Source: a virus (Duplodnaviria; Caudoviricetes). From it: a stretch of 64,000 nucleotides of DNA. Below the pieces are notes generated by a model. That model saw only the letters and a list, made by a program, of their open reading frames with translations, did not search any database and was not told the DNA's origin. The position numbers and the translations under genes were made by a program. The stretch is taken from positions 181 through 64,180 of IMG/VR virus record IMGVR_UViG_3300037784_000034; one strand, given 5' to 3'. Shown here in pieces: positions 36,250 through 44,197 of the stretch; positions within the stretch are counted from its first letter, which is position 1; every line of letters starts with the position of its first letter.

Positions 36250-36588
36250 TCAAGCCCCTTCCGTCTGGAGTGTCACCACGTCGAAAACGATTTTCGGAAT
36301 CTGGTATCCGTTGCCGTCCGGATCATAGGCCCAATAGTACCGCTTAGCCTTGAGCTTCGCCATGTATTCGGATTGTTGGCGTTGATCCATCCGGTTGAAT
36401 TTCACGCGGTTGTAATCAATCATTCCGTCGGATTCTTCAAAGGTCAGGCCGCGCGCGGCATGTTCCTTTTCAAGTTTGGCGCGCAATGTGGCCACGCCAT
36501 CCGAAAAACGGAATTGCTTGTCCAAGGCCTTTTCGACGCGTCCGCGCGCCATTGGCGAAAGGCTGTCGAGATTGAAAAGCGTTGCCAT
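36250..36588 (-). CDS. hypothetical protein
   Basis: 112-aa ORF. Confidence 0.7.
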   Translation of the reverse strand: MATLFNLDSLSPMARGRVEKALDKQFRFSDGVATLRAKLEKEHAARGLTFEESDGMIDYNRVKFNRMDQRQQSEYMAKLKAKRYYWAYDPDGNGYQIPKIVFDVVTLQTEGA

Positions 36589-36591
36589 GGC

Positions 36592-36735
36592 TCATTCCCC
36601 CGCGCGGATTGTCAGCCCATCGACCAGAAAAGCCGACTTTTGAGCGATGCGCGCGCGCCGGTCATTGCGGCGGATCTTGCCGGGGTTGGAATTGGCGAAC
36701 GTGTCGCGGTTGCGTTTTTCGGAGTGTGTGAACAT
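36592..36735 (-). CDS. 47-aa basic peptide
   Basis: MFTHSEKRNRD..; AGGAA RBS and hairpin element; below track cutoff. Confidence 0.55.
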   Translation of the reverse strand: MFTHSEKRNRDTFANSNPGKIRRNDRRARIAQKSAFLVDGLTIRAGE

Positions 36736-36786
36736 GGTTTTTCCTTTCATGGTGGCCACGATTGGCCGTTTCAGTCGGTCGGGGTT

Positions 36787-37452
36787 TCAGGCCGCGCGGG
36801 CGTCTTCAAGGGCATATCCGCCCCATTGTTCCGCCATGGCGCGCGCGATACCGGGGAAAAAGCGGCTGCGTTCGGTTGCCCGATCCGGTCCCGGTGATGC
36901 GAAGTGAACGCTATTCCGCGCGTTCGAGCCGTCCAGCGTGCCTGTAGGGACAAGCGGCGGAAGGCCGCGAAGCCAAAGACAGGTGCGTTTCTTCTCATTG
37001 TCCGGGCCTTCCGGATCGGTCGCGAACTGCCAAGGCTGGACCGATTGCGCTTGAGGCTGGAAATTCACGATCCGGCTTTTCGCATGCTTGTGCATGACCG
37101 GGTTTTCAATCGCCACACGGTCAATCGGCGCATTCCAGAGATCCGAAAAGAGCGCCGCGCCTTCGTCAAGCTCTTTCCACATTTCCTCAATGGTCCGGCC
37201 GGGTGGCGGTACGGAAAGCCAACGGACACCGGAGTTGCAAAGCCGCGTGCAAGGCGGATGCGCGACCATGAGCAAATCCCAGCCCCAATCAAGCACATCA
37301 CGGACATCGCCGCGCAAGTGCCGATTTGATCCGCGTTCATCCGGCTTGATGTCGCAGGACCACGCATCATGACCAAGGTCTAGGAATGCATCGCGGACAG
37401 TGCCGGAGCACTCGCACGCGATCAGGACTTTAAGAGCGGGTGAAATGTTCAT
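36787..37452 (-). CDS. C5-cytosine methyltransferase-like protein
   Basis: VLIACECSG, WSCDI, HPPCT, IENP. Confidence 0.7.
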   Translation of the reverse strand: MNISPALKVLIACECSGTVRDAFLDLGHDAWSCDIKPDERGSNRHLRGDVRDVLDWGWDLLMVAHPPCTRLCNSGVRWLSVPPPGRTIEEMWKELDEGAALFSDLWNAPIDRVAIENPVMHKHAKSRIVNFQPQAQSVQPWQFATDPEGPDNEKKRTCLWLRGLPPLVPTGTLDGSNARNSVHFASPGPDRATERSRFFPGIARAMAEQWGGYALEDARAA

Positions 37453-37541
37453 TGTTCTGTTTTCCTCTGTTGGCGGTCACGATTGACCATTGTTGGCTAG
37501 TCGCCACTGGATAGGCGCGCGCGGCGCCTATCGGGCAGGGA

Positions 37542-37877
37542 CTAGGATTCGTCCAGCCAAAAACCGGCATTGCGCGCCATGTTCCAAGCCGCATTCCATA
37601 GGGCTTGATCCGCTTCCCGTTGCACGTCCGTTGCGCCTTCCGTGATGGTGTAGGGCTCCCTTTTCAAGACGTTCTCGAACGCGGCCAACATGGCCATATT
37701 CGCGTCGAAAAAATCATGGGTGGCGCATGCTCCGGCATAGTCCGGACTTGCGTTCAAGGTGTTGATGTCAAGGACAAGCGATCCGATGGTTTGCCCGTTC
37801 TCGACGTCCAGAGCGCTTGCAGCTTCTCGCAAGGTCGCGGCAAAGGCGCGCGCGAGGGGTTCGGTTTGGTCTGTCAT
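37542..37877 (-). CDS. hypothetical protein
   Basis: MTDQTEP start with GAGGG RBS. Confidence 0.65.
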   Translation of the reverse strand: MTDQTEPLARAFAATLREAASALDVENGQTIGSLVLDINTLNASPDYAGACATHDFFDANMAMLAAFENVLKREPYTITEGATDVQREADQALWNAAWNMARNAGFWLDES

Positions 37878-37887
37878 GGCCACGCCC

Positions 37888-38373
37888 TCAAACAACTGAC
37901 AGCAATTCCCGGCACATACGACCGCGCGAAAAGGTCTGGACGGTCACGTTTCCATGATCAGTGACAAAGCAAGCCATACCGGAAAAGCCGCGCGGGACAC
38001 CGTCACCAGCATCGAGCCGAATATCGCAATCCTCAATCGCGGACTCGACGGAGTACCAGAAGCCGACAGAGCCTTGACCGTCGGCTTTGCCAAAATGGAT
38101 GTATTCATTGCGGGTTTTGCGTTGTGCCCATGCGGTCAACATCTCGTCGACCTCGTCGAACCATTCATGCATGCGCTCACAGTCGAAGCCGTTGCACTCG
38201 TCGGCGTCGACCACGCTGGCCAGATTGTCGCCTTCATTGGCTAGAGCCGCAAAGCCGCGCGGCCTGTAATAGCGAAGCTCCCGCGCATAGGACGCGACAC
38301 GGTCGGAGTCATTCATCTGGTCTGTGTCGAAGGCTTCGCCCATGATGGGGTTGTGGGTTTTGCGGTTTGCCAT
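37888..38373 (-). CDS. acidic hypothetical protein
   Basis: 161 aa; preceded by hairpin element. Confidence 0.7.
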   Translation of the reverse strand: MANRKTHNPIMGEAFDTDQMNDSDRVASYARELRYYRPRGFAALANEGDNLASVVDADECNGFDCERMHEWFDEVDEMLTAWAQRKTRNEYIHFGKADGQGSVGFWYSVESAIEDCDIRLDAGDGVPRGFSGMACFVTDHGNVTVQTFSRGRMCRELLSVV

Positions 38374-38424
38374 GGTTCATGTTCCTTGATGGTTGCCACG
38401 ATTGGCAGATTGAAAGAGCGGGGT

Positions 38425-38580
38425 TTAGCTGGCCATAAAGTCCAGCCATGCACCGCGCGGGCAGGCGTCCGGATGGTTTGCCAGCAACCAGACCCGCGCA
38501 TCGGTCCGGAGTTCTGAAAAGCGAATAAGACCGTTGAGGTAAGCCCGGGCTTGTTCGTTCTTGACTGTGGTGGTGTTCAT
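38425..38580 (-). CDS. 51-aa first gene of leftward operon
   Basis: AAGGAA RBS and hairpin element. Confidence 0.6.
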   Translation of the reverse strand: MNTTTVKNEQARAYLNGLIRFSELRTDARVWLLANHPDACPRGAWLDFMAS

Positions 38581-38620
38581 GGGTTCGTTTCCTTGCTGGT
38601 AAGCACGATTGCTTAAGCAC

Positions 38621-38671
38621 ACAGTCTCATACGTTGACGGATAGGTCAATAAAAAAATACGCAAACGCATA
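38621..38671 (-). promoter_or_regulatory. leftward promoter with two operators
   Basis: TTGACC-17nt-GACTGT; palindromes at 38628 and 38656. Confidence 0.55.
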
Positions 38672-38870
38672 AAAAGAAACGTGCCCCGGTCATAGACAGC
38701 ACGGGCACGCGCGATAGCAAGAGCGATGCCAGGTAGAGCGCGCGACCGCGCCGACCGGCGCTGCAGGATCATAACCCAAACCCCCAACCTCTTTAGCCGT
38801 TAAAGATCCGCCGGCAGGCACAAGACCGGCGTGCGACCAGTAAAAATCTCCGGGTCGAAAAACACCATTT

Positions 38871-38913
38871 TATACGGATAAGGATTGACACAATGCGTAT
38901 GCGTATGACATGA
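38871..38913 (+). promoter_or_regulatory. rightward promoter with two operators
   Basis: TTGACA at 38885; palindromes at 38871 and 38892; -10 box unclear. Confidence 0.55.
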
Positions 38914-38955
38914 CTTTGGAACCCTGCTGAGAGCGGCGGTGCGACACGGAGAGTA

Positions 38956-39234
38956 ATGATGGTCAGAGAAGCGATATCGATGAACGCGCCAGGCGAGGGA
39001 GGCGAGCACTACGCCGTCGGGCACGGATACCGCCGGCTGGTCGACGGTCGCTACGACATCGTCGGCAACGTGACCCGGATCACGGTTACCGAAGACCTGC
39101 CCGGGCTCCACTGCAATATGGAGCGGGTCCGCGTCTACGATGGCGACACCATGATTTTCGAAGCGCCGCTCCACATGCTGGAGGGAGTCCGCTACGCGCA
39201 TCCGGCCGATCCAGCCCAAGACGCAGCCGAATGA
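38956..39234 (+). CDS. hypothetical protein
   Basis: GGAG RBS; 92 aa. Confidence 0.65.
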   Translation: MMVREAISMNAPGEGGEHYAVGHGYRRLVDGRYDIVGNVTRITVTEDLPGLHCNMERVRVYDGDTMIFEAPLHMLEGVRYAHPADPAQDAAE

Positions 39235-39689
39235 CGCCGGTTCTCGACACCATTCGCGCGCTTCTGAAGTTCAAGAACTTCACGACCATCTCTGAGATCG
39301 CGTCGATGGCCGGCATTCCGCGGAAGAAGGTGCTTGAGGTCATCAATCAGAATGATGAGTTCGTCTGGCGCAACCGGAAGAACGGTCGCATCACGCGGGT
39401 CGACCCGAGGACAACGCTGAGCGAGCAGTTATGGAAGTCCGGCGGATTCTATCGCGAGGGAACGTTCGGGGCGTGGTCGGTAGAGGGGCGTTGCCTCAAT
39501 TTCGAAGGCAACGCGGATTTGCGTGCCCACCTGAAGGAGAGGCGTACCGTCGGCGCACTTGGCGACAACTGGCCTGTGGAGGTGGTGCTCGACACCGTTG
39601 AGAACCGCGCAGTGATCGAAGGTGCGGGCCTGCGCCCTTGGTCTGAAGCCGTGATTGACGATCGGCTGTGGGTGGAGGATGCGTCGTGA
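39231..39689 (+). CDS. N-terminal HTH hypothetical protein
   Basis: TTISEIASMAGIPRKKVLEVI. Confidence 0.65.
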   Translation: MTPVLDTIRALLKFKNFTTISEIASMAGIPRKKVLEVINQNDEFVWRNRKNGRITRVDPRTTLSEQLWKSGGFYREGTFGAWSVEGRCLNFEGNADLRAHLKERRTVGALGDNWPVEVVLDTVENRAVIEGAGLRPWSEAVIDDRLWVEDAS

Positions 39690-40468
39690 CAGTTCGTCCC
39701 CGATACACCTTCGCCAAAGAGAGGGATCTCTGCTCGGTCTTTATTTCGCTGCTACCAGTCGAATGGACAGCCTACCCGGAAACTGGTGGGTTCGACATCC
39801 TTCTCGTTCGCGCGGCCGACGGGTTTCAGATCGGTATCGAGGCAAAACTCAAGCTCAATGCCAAGGTGATTTGCCAAGCAGCGGAATCGCTGTCGACCTA
39901 TCAGATCACAGCGCCGGGCCCGGACTGTCGCGCAGTTCTGATCCCCGAAGGTGTTGGCATGGATCTCGCGGCGCTTTGCCCGCGTCTGGGGCTCACCGTC
40001 ATCAGGGTCAGGTACGACACCTTCGCGGCCGAATGCCTTAAACAAAACCCGTTTGAATTCTTCCCGCGTCTTCCGGGGATCGAGAACGAATGGATGGCGC
40101 GCGATTGGTATGAGCTTTGCCCGGCCAGCCGCGTCGCACTTCCAGATTGGGTGCCGGATGTCACGGCCGGGGATAGCGCGCCGGTGACACTCACGGACTG
40201 GAAGATCCGGGCGATCAAGATCGCGATCACACTGGAGAAGCAGGGCTACATCACCCGACAGAACTTCGCGTTTTTCAAGATCAGCATGTCGCGGTGGACG
40301 CAGATGCGCTGGATCATTCCAGGGGAAAATAGAGGGCAGTGGGTCGCCGGCAGGATGCCGGATTTCCGTGCCCAGCACCCCGTGAATTACGCGCAGATCG
40401 AAGCCGACCACGAGGCATGGCGTCAAGAAGCCATGCCAATCGAAACCAAGACCGGAGACCTGATATGA
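39686..40468 (+). CDS. PD-(D/E)XK-like hypothetical protein
   Basis: FDILLV..IGIEAKL pattern; GTG start. Confidence 0.55.
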   Translation: MTVRPRYTFAKERDLCSVFISLLPVEWTAYPETGGFDILLVRAADGFQIGIEAKLKLNAKVICQAAESLSTYQITAPGPDCRAVLIPEGVGMDLAALCPRLGLTVIRVRYDTFAAECLKQNPFEFFPRLPGIENEWMARDWYELCPASRVALPDWVPDVTAGDSAPVTLTDWKIRAIKIAITLEKQGYITRQNFAFFKISMSRWTQMRWIIPGENRGQWVAGRMPDFRAQHPVNYAQIEADHEAWRQEAMPIETKTGDLI

Positions 40469-40710
40469 CGAAAGACGACATCGCGGACCGGGTCCGCAAA
40501 ATCATCGCAGAGACATTGAGCGTCGATTTCGAGAAGGCGATTGATGACGCCAGCCTCGTCGACAATCTGGACGCCGATAGTCTCGAGGCTGTTGAGGTCA
40601 CTATGGCGCTCGAGGAGGAATTCAACATCGAGATTTCCGATGATGAAGCTGAGATCGCCCTGACCGTCGGGCAGATCATCGAACTCGTGCGCGGGAAGGT
40701 GGCGCCATGA
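40465..40710 (+). CDS. acpP: acyl carrier protein
   Basis: LDADSLEAVEVTMALEEEFNIEISDDEAE..TVG; phosphopantetheine-site DSL intact. Confidence 0.9.
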   Translation: MTKDDIADRVRKIIAETLSVDFEKAIDDASLVDNLDADSLEAVEVTMALEEEFNIEISDDEAEIALTVGQIIELVRGKVAP

Positions 40711-41240
40711 CCCAGACCTACAGAAAGGGTGACGAAGTCCACGTCAAGGGTGTTGTCAAAGTGGAGCCATTCCTCTCTCAAGACAAAATGATGGCTGTCG
40801 TGAGGATTGAGCCCTTCAACGACATCTACGTATTGGTCGACCATGTCGATATGGTTCGTCCGGATTTCCAAGTCGGCGATACGGTTAAATGGCCGGTGAA
40901 GACAGTCGATGGCAGCGTAGAGTACACCGGCGGAGTCCTGGCGATTGCCAGTGAACACCTCTGGGTGGCCTTAGGTGACGGAAACTTCGCGACGGTCTGG
41001 GTCGAGAACGCATCTCGCGTCGACGTTTCTGTGTCGCCAGAGGATGGCGTTGAAGCGGAGCCAGGATCTCCAGAATTGATCGGGGAGATCGACGAGAAGA
41101 CCGCCGAGACGCTGGAGGCGATGAAACCGGGTCAGAAGGTGATCCGGCATGTCCATACAAACATCAACGCGGGCAGTTCGGACCCGGTCGATGAAGTTCG
41201 TCGTGCGATCGCCGGAGAAAGCCCAAAGGGTGGCGCGTAA
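40707..41240 (+). CDS. hypothetical protein with tandem SH3-like domains
   Basis: YRKGDEV and FQVGDTV repeats. Confidence 0.6.
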   Translation: MTQTYRKGDEVHVKGVVKVEPFLSQDKMMAVVRIEPFNDIYVLVDHVDMVRPDFQVGDTVKWPVKTVDGSVEYTGGVLAIASEHLWVALGDGNFATVWVENASRVDVSVSPEDGVEAEPGSPELIGEIDEKTAETLEAMKPGQKVIRHVHTNINAGSSDPVDEVRRAIAGESPKGGA

Positions 41241-41467
41241 TGGCTCCGACCCGACGCCTCAAACCCCTCTATACCGCTGCCAATGGTTGCTATGTCGTGA
41301 GATCCATCTCGGTTGGGGAGTTTGATCTCCGTGGCCCCAAGCACGAGCATATCGGCGACCATGTTTATTGGGATCTGGAGCGTGCAAAAGCCGCAGCGGA
41401 CATCGGGGGCGAGTACCTGTACGGCGGGAAAGGTCCGTACAATCCGGAAGGCAAGAGGCTTCCCTGA
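41240..41467 (+). CDS. hypothetical protein
   Basis: 75-aa coupled ORF. Confidence 0.6.
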   Translation: MAPTRRLKPLYTAANGCYVVRSISVGEFDLRGPKHEHIGDHVYWDLERAKAAADIGGEYLYGGKGPYNPEGKRLP

Positions 41468-41922
41468 TGCCGATCAAGCCAGAAAATATGGCAAAGTACC
41501 CTGGCGGGTCGATCAGATCGCCAGAGTGGCGCGCGATCCGGGAGAAAGTCGGCAAAAGGTCCGGCCTGCGATGCGAGGCTTGCCGCGCCCCCCACATGAA
41601 GATGATTGCCCGCGGCTCCTACGGTGGCCGGGATGCTTACATGGTGCTGGAAACCCGAGAGGTGTTCTGCGCCGAAACCGGCCTCAAGATGGCGACAATG
41701 CGCTGCACCTCGGATTTCAACGCCCACAAGGTGCTGAAGATCGTTCTGACGGTGGCGCGCCTCAATCACGATGAAAGCTGCGATGATATCGAGCAGATGA
41801 AACACCTCTGCCAACGCCATCATCTCCGTCTGGACGCCAAACATCATTCCAGAAATGCGGCCCGAACCCGCCGGGCAAAAGGTGGGCAACTCGACATGGA
41901 GGATTTCCTTTGCGAGAACTGA
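41467..41922 (+). CDS. HNH-like protein (degenerate)
   Basis: RCEAC, IVLTVARLNH, LCQRHHLRLD. Confidence 0.6.
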   Translation: MPIKPENMAKYPGGSIRSPEWRAIREKVGKRSGLRCEACRAPHMKMIARGSYGGRDAYMVLETREVFCAETGLKMATMRCTSDFNAHKVLKIVLTVARLNHDESCDDIEQMKHLCQRHHLRLDAKHHSRNAARTRRAKGGQLDMEDFLCEN

Positions 41923-42098
41923 CCCCCGAAGAGCATGAAGTGATGGTGCATCTTGTCGAGGCATGGAACGCCTTCCTCAATCTGCCCATTCAACACGGCG
42001 ACGATATCACCGAGTTCAGGCACGGGGTCCATCGCCTTCAGGAGAAAGTCTTGTCCAGACCATCGAGACGCATGGACGGGCAGGGGAGGTTCGCATGA
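41910..42098 (+). CDS. hypothetical protein
   Basis: 62-aa coupled ORF. Confidence 0.6.
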   Translation: MRELTPEEHEVMVHLVEAWNAFLNLPIQHGDDITEFRHGVHRLQEKVLSRPSRRMDGQGRFA

Positions 42099-42241
42099 CG
42101 ACCTTTCGTATCCATTTCAAAGATCGAACAACTATCGACGTCGATGCCGAGAACCCCGACCGGGCTTGCGATATTGCGAAGGAGCGGCGTCAGGGAATCG
42201 TGAAGAAGGTCAAGGTGCTGAAGGAAAGTGCTAATGACTGA
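42095..42241 (+). CDS. 48-aa hypothetical protein
   Basis: GGAGG RBS; ATGA overlap. Confidence 0.55.
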   Translation: MTTFRIHFKDRTTIDVDAENPDRACDIAKERRQGIVKKVKVLKESAND

Positions 42242-42520
42242 TGCAGTGCGGCTGTGCAGGTGCCGTATACGGAAAAAGTATTCCTGTGCGGAATAGTTTC
42301 TTGCGACCTGCAAAGGCGGGAGAAATTCCCAAAATAAACATATACTTTATGCGCTCGACTTAAAGTGAAAAATTAACCTGAATGTGATCTTTCGTTTACG
42401 AACTCGCGGCCCTGCTGGTTGATTTCTGCGAAATTTGAGGCATCTTGGCCTGCATGACGGCGCGATGCGTCGCAAAGCCGGCCAGCCTCAGGCGTATTTT
42501 CTTTTTCTGGGAGGCGCTTC

Positions 42521-42760
42521 ATGAAGCGCAGAGCATTTCTCGCTATGCTGGGCCTGGCTCCCGCTGTTTCGACGGCGACGGCCAAAACCGCCAAAATCCA
42601 AGTGCCTGAGATGGCTCCGGAACTCCCGCTCGATTTCGAGAATGGGGTGCTCATGATAAAGCGCGCCATGCACCACAAAATTGCCGTCGGGAAGATCTCG
42701 AACGGAGGCGGCTCTGCGGTGTTAAATCTTCAGACCGCAACTCTTGAGATTTATGACTGA
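42521..42760 (+). CDS. small protein with twin-arginine signal-like N-terminus
   Basis: MKRRAFLAMLGLAPAVSTATA; GGAGG RBS. Confidence 0.6.
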   Translation: MKRRAFLAMLGLAPAVSTATAKTAKIQVPEMAPELPLDFENGVLMIKRAMHHKIAVGKISNGGGSAVLNLQTATLEIYD

Positions 42761-42775
42761 GCGCCATTTCGTTTC

Positions 42776-42852
42776 TGCAGGGTAGAGCAGTCTGGTAGCT
42801 CGCCTAGCTCATAACCAGGAGGTCCCCGGTTCGAATCCGGGCTCTGCAACCA
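42776..42852 (+). tRNA. tRNA with CAT anticodon, initiator(fMet)-derived
   Basis: 77-nt cloverleaf, GAGC/GCTC D stem, CTCATAA loop, GGTTCGAATCC, encoded CCA. Confidence 0.92.
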
Positions 42853-42872
42853 AATTCACCCGGGAGATTGCC

Positions 42873-43160
42873 ATGCTCAAGACCATCGCGGCGCACATCT
42901 CGACCGGCCTGAGTGTCATCGCTTTCTGCGCCGGCTTCGGCTCCTGGGCATTCGACGCCTATGCGGATCAGGTGATTGACAAGGCGGTGACCGAGAAACT
43001 GGCGCCGCTGACAGAGACGATCGATCGGCAGGCTGTGCAGATCAACGGTTTCGCCACCCAACAGGCAGTTCAGGCCGAGCAACTACGGATCCTACAGTCC
43101 AGCCAGCGCGAGGCAAACCGGGACATCAAGCTCATCCTGCGGGAATTGAGGTCGAACTGA
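42873..43160 (+). CDS. membrane-anchored coiled-coil protein
   Basis: N-terminal TM then coiled coil; GGAG RBS. Confidence 0.65.
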   Translation: MLKTIAAHISTGLSVIAFCAGFGSWAFDAYADQVIDKAVTEKLAPLTETIDRQAVQINGFATQQAVQAEQLRILQSSQREANRDIKLILRELRSN

Positions 43161-43322
43161 CAGATTCACGGAATCGCCCTGCGTACCTCCCCCAGCTATA
43201 CCGGCTACCTGGGCATCAAAAGCTGTACGCTCGCATCCCAAGAAGGTTCTCCGTTGCAGGGCGGCCGTTGGCAAGCGGTTCATAGTTGACGGGGAAGCGG
43301 CAGCGCCGGGGAAATTCGACTT

Positions 43323-43721
43323 ATGGACGATGGCTTCAAGATCCTTCGCCATCGCCAGTTTCCTAAGATCGGTGGTCGTGCTGTCCGGGAAGGCGTGAAA
43401 CGTGAAGCGCCAGCCAAGCGCGGGTACGACTATATCTGGTCCAAGGTATCGACGAGGTTCCGGCGAGGTCATCCGTTTTGCCGGTTCTGCGAGCAAAAGG
43501 GCTTCGAAGCAACACCGGCAGATGTTGTCGACCACATTATCCCTGTCGAAGATGGTCCAGACCTCAGGTTGACTTGGTCCAATTTCCAGTCGCTTTGCAA
43601 CTCCTGCCACAACGGGCTGAAGAGGCGTCTCGAGGCCTATGCCAGAGAGCACGAAATGATCGACAAGCTCCCAGAGTGGTGCGCCAACCCGGAGAGCCGA
43701 CCCCGTAAACTGCGCCGGTGA
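43323..43721 (+). CDS. packaging-associated HNH endonuclease
   Basis: CRFC, VDHIIP, NFQSLCNSCHN; upstream of terS. Confidence 0.88.
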   Translation: MDDGFKILRHRQFPKIGGRAVREGVKREAPAKRGYDYIWSKVSTRFRRGHPFCRFCEQKGFEATPADVVDHIIPVEDGPDLRLTWSNFQSLCNSCHNGLKRRLEAYAREHEMIDKLPEWCANPESRPRKLRR

Positions 43722-43726
43722 CTACA

Positions 43727-44197
43727 ATGGGTCGAAACCCAAAGACTGACGCACAGAAAATTGCCGAAGGCACCTACAAGGACTCCAGATCGGAGCAGGC
43801 ACGGAAGACCGCCGCGGTCTCCAACGTTCTGGCGTTTCCGGTCGAGACCTCGATACCGAAGTGTAAATTCCCGCTGCCTGAGAACGGCGCAGGAATGCAA
43901 ACCTACAACGATTATTGCCAGCGCCTTCTTAAGGCTGGGCTGCTTACCAAGGTCTCCTTGGAGTTCGTCACGACGCTGGCGATCACTGACCACAAGATCG
44001 AAGCCGCATTCAAGGCCGGCAAGGCGCCAGCGAGCCGGGATCTGATCGTCAAAAACTCGATCGCCTCCAAGCTGGATATGCTGAATGTCGACCAAGACGT
44101 TGTCACGGGGCAGACGAAAAAAGGCGTCTTTGGGAAAAACGGTTTCCCGGCGCGACTTCGATTATCTGCCGCGCATCACGCTCGCCGTCCCAAGTGA
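43727..44197 (+). CDS. terS: terminase small subunit
   Basis: MGRNPKT..KIAEGT start; position between HNH and terL. Confidence 0.75.
   Translation: MGRNPKTDAQKIAEGTYKDSRSEQARKTAAVSNVLAFPVETSIPKCKFPLPENGAGMQTYNDYCQRLLKAGLLTKVSLEFVTTLAITDHKIEAAFKAGKAPASRDLIVKNSIASKLDMLNVDQDVVTGQTKKGVFGKNGFPARLRLSAAHHARRPK

Larger units (their letters stand above)
28495..38615 (-). repeat. 11 copies of covarying hairpin element upstream of RBSs
   Basis: + strand cores CAC(A/G)(A/G)TTG at 28501, 30641, 31242, 32571, 33217, 35640, 35884, 36757, 37478, 38397, 38604, each with GG exactly 4 nt to the left. Confidence 0.92.

Noticed and set aside
28495-38615. CRISPR array
   Set aside because: Repeats are short, vary in the stem and are separated by whole genes of 0.2-2.4 kb; no cas genes
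44085-44197. 113-bp terS/terL overlap as an anomaly
   Set aside because: Such overlaps are common in this packaging module, and the terL start is uncertain
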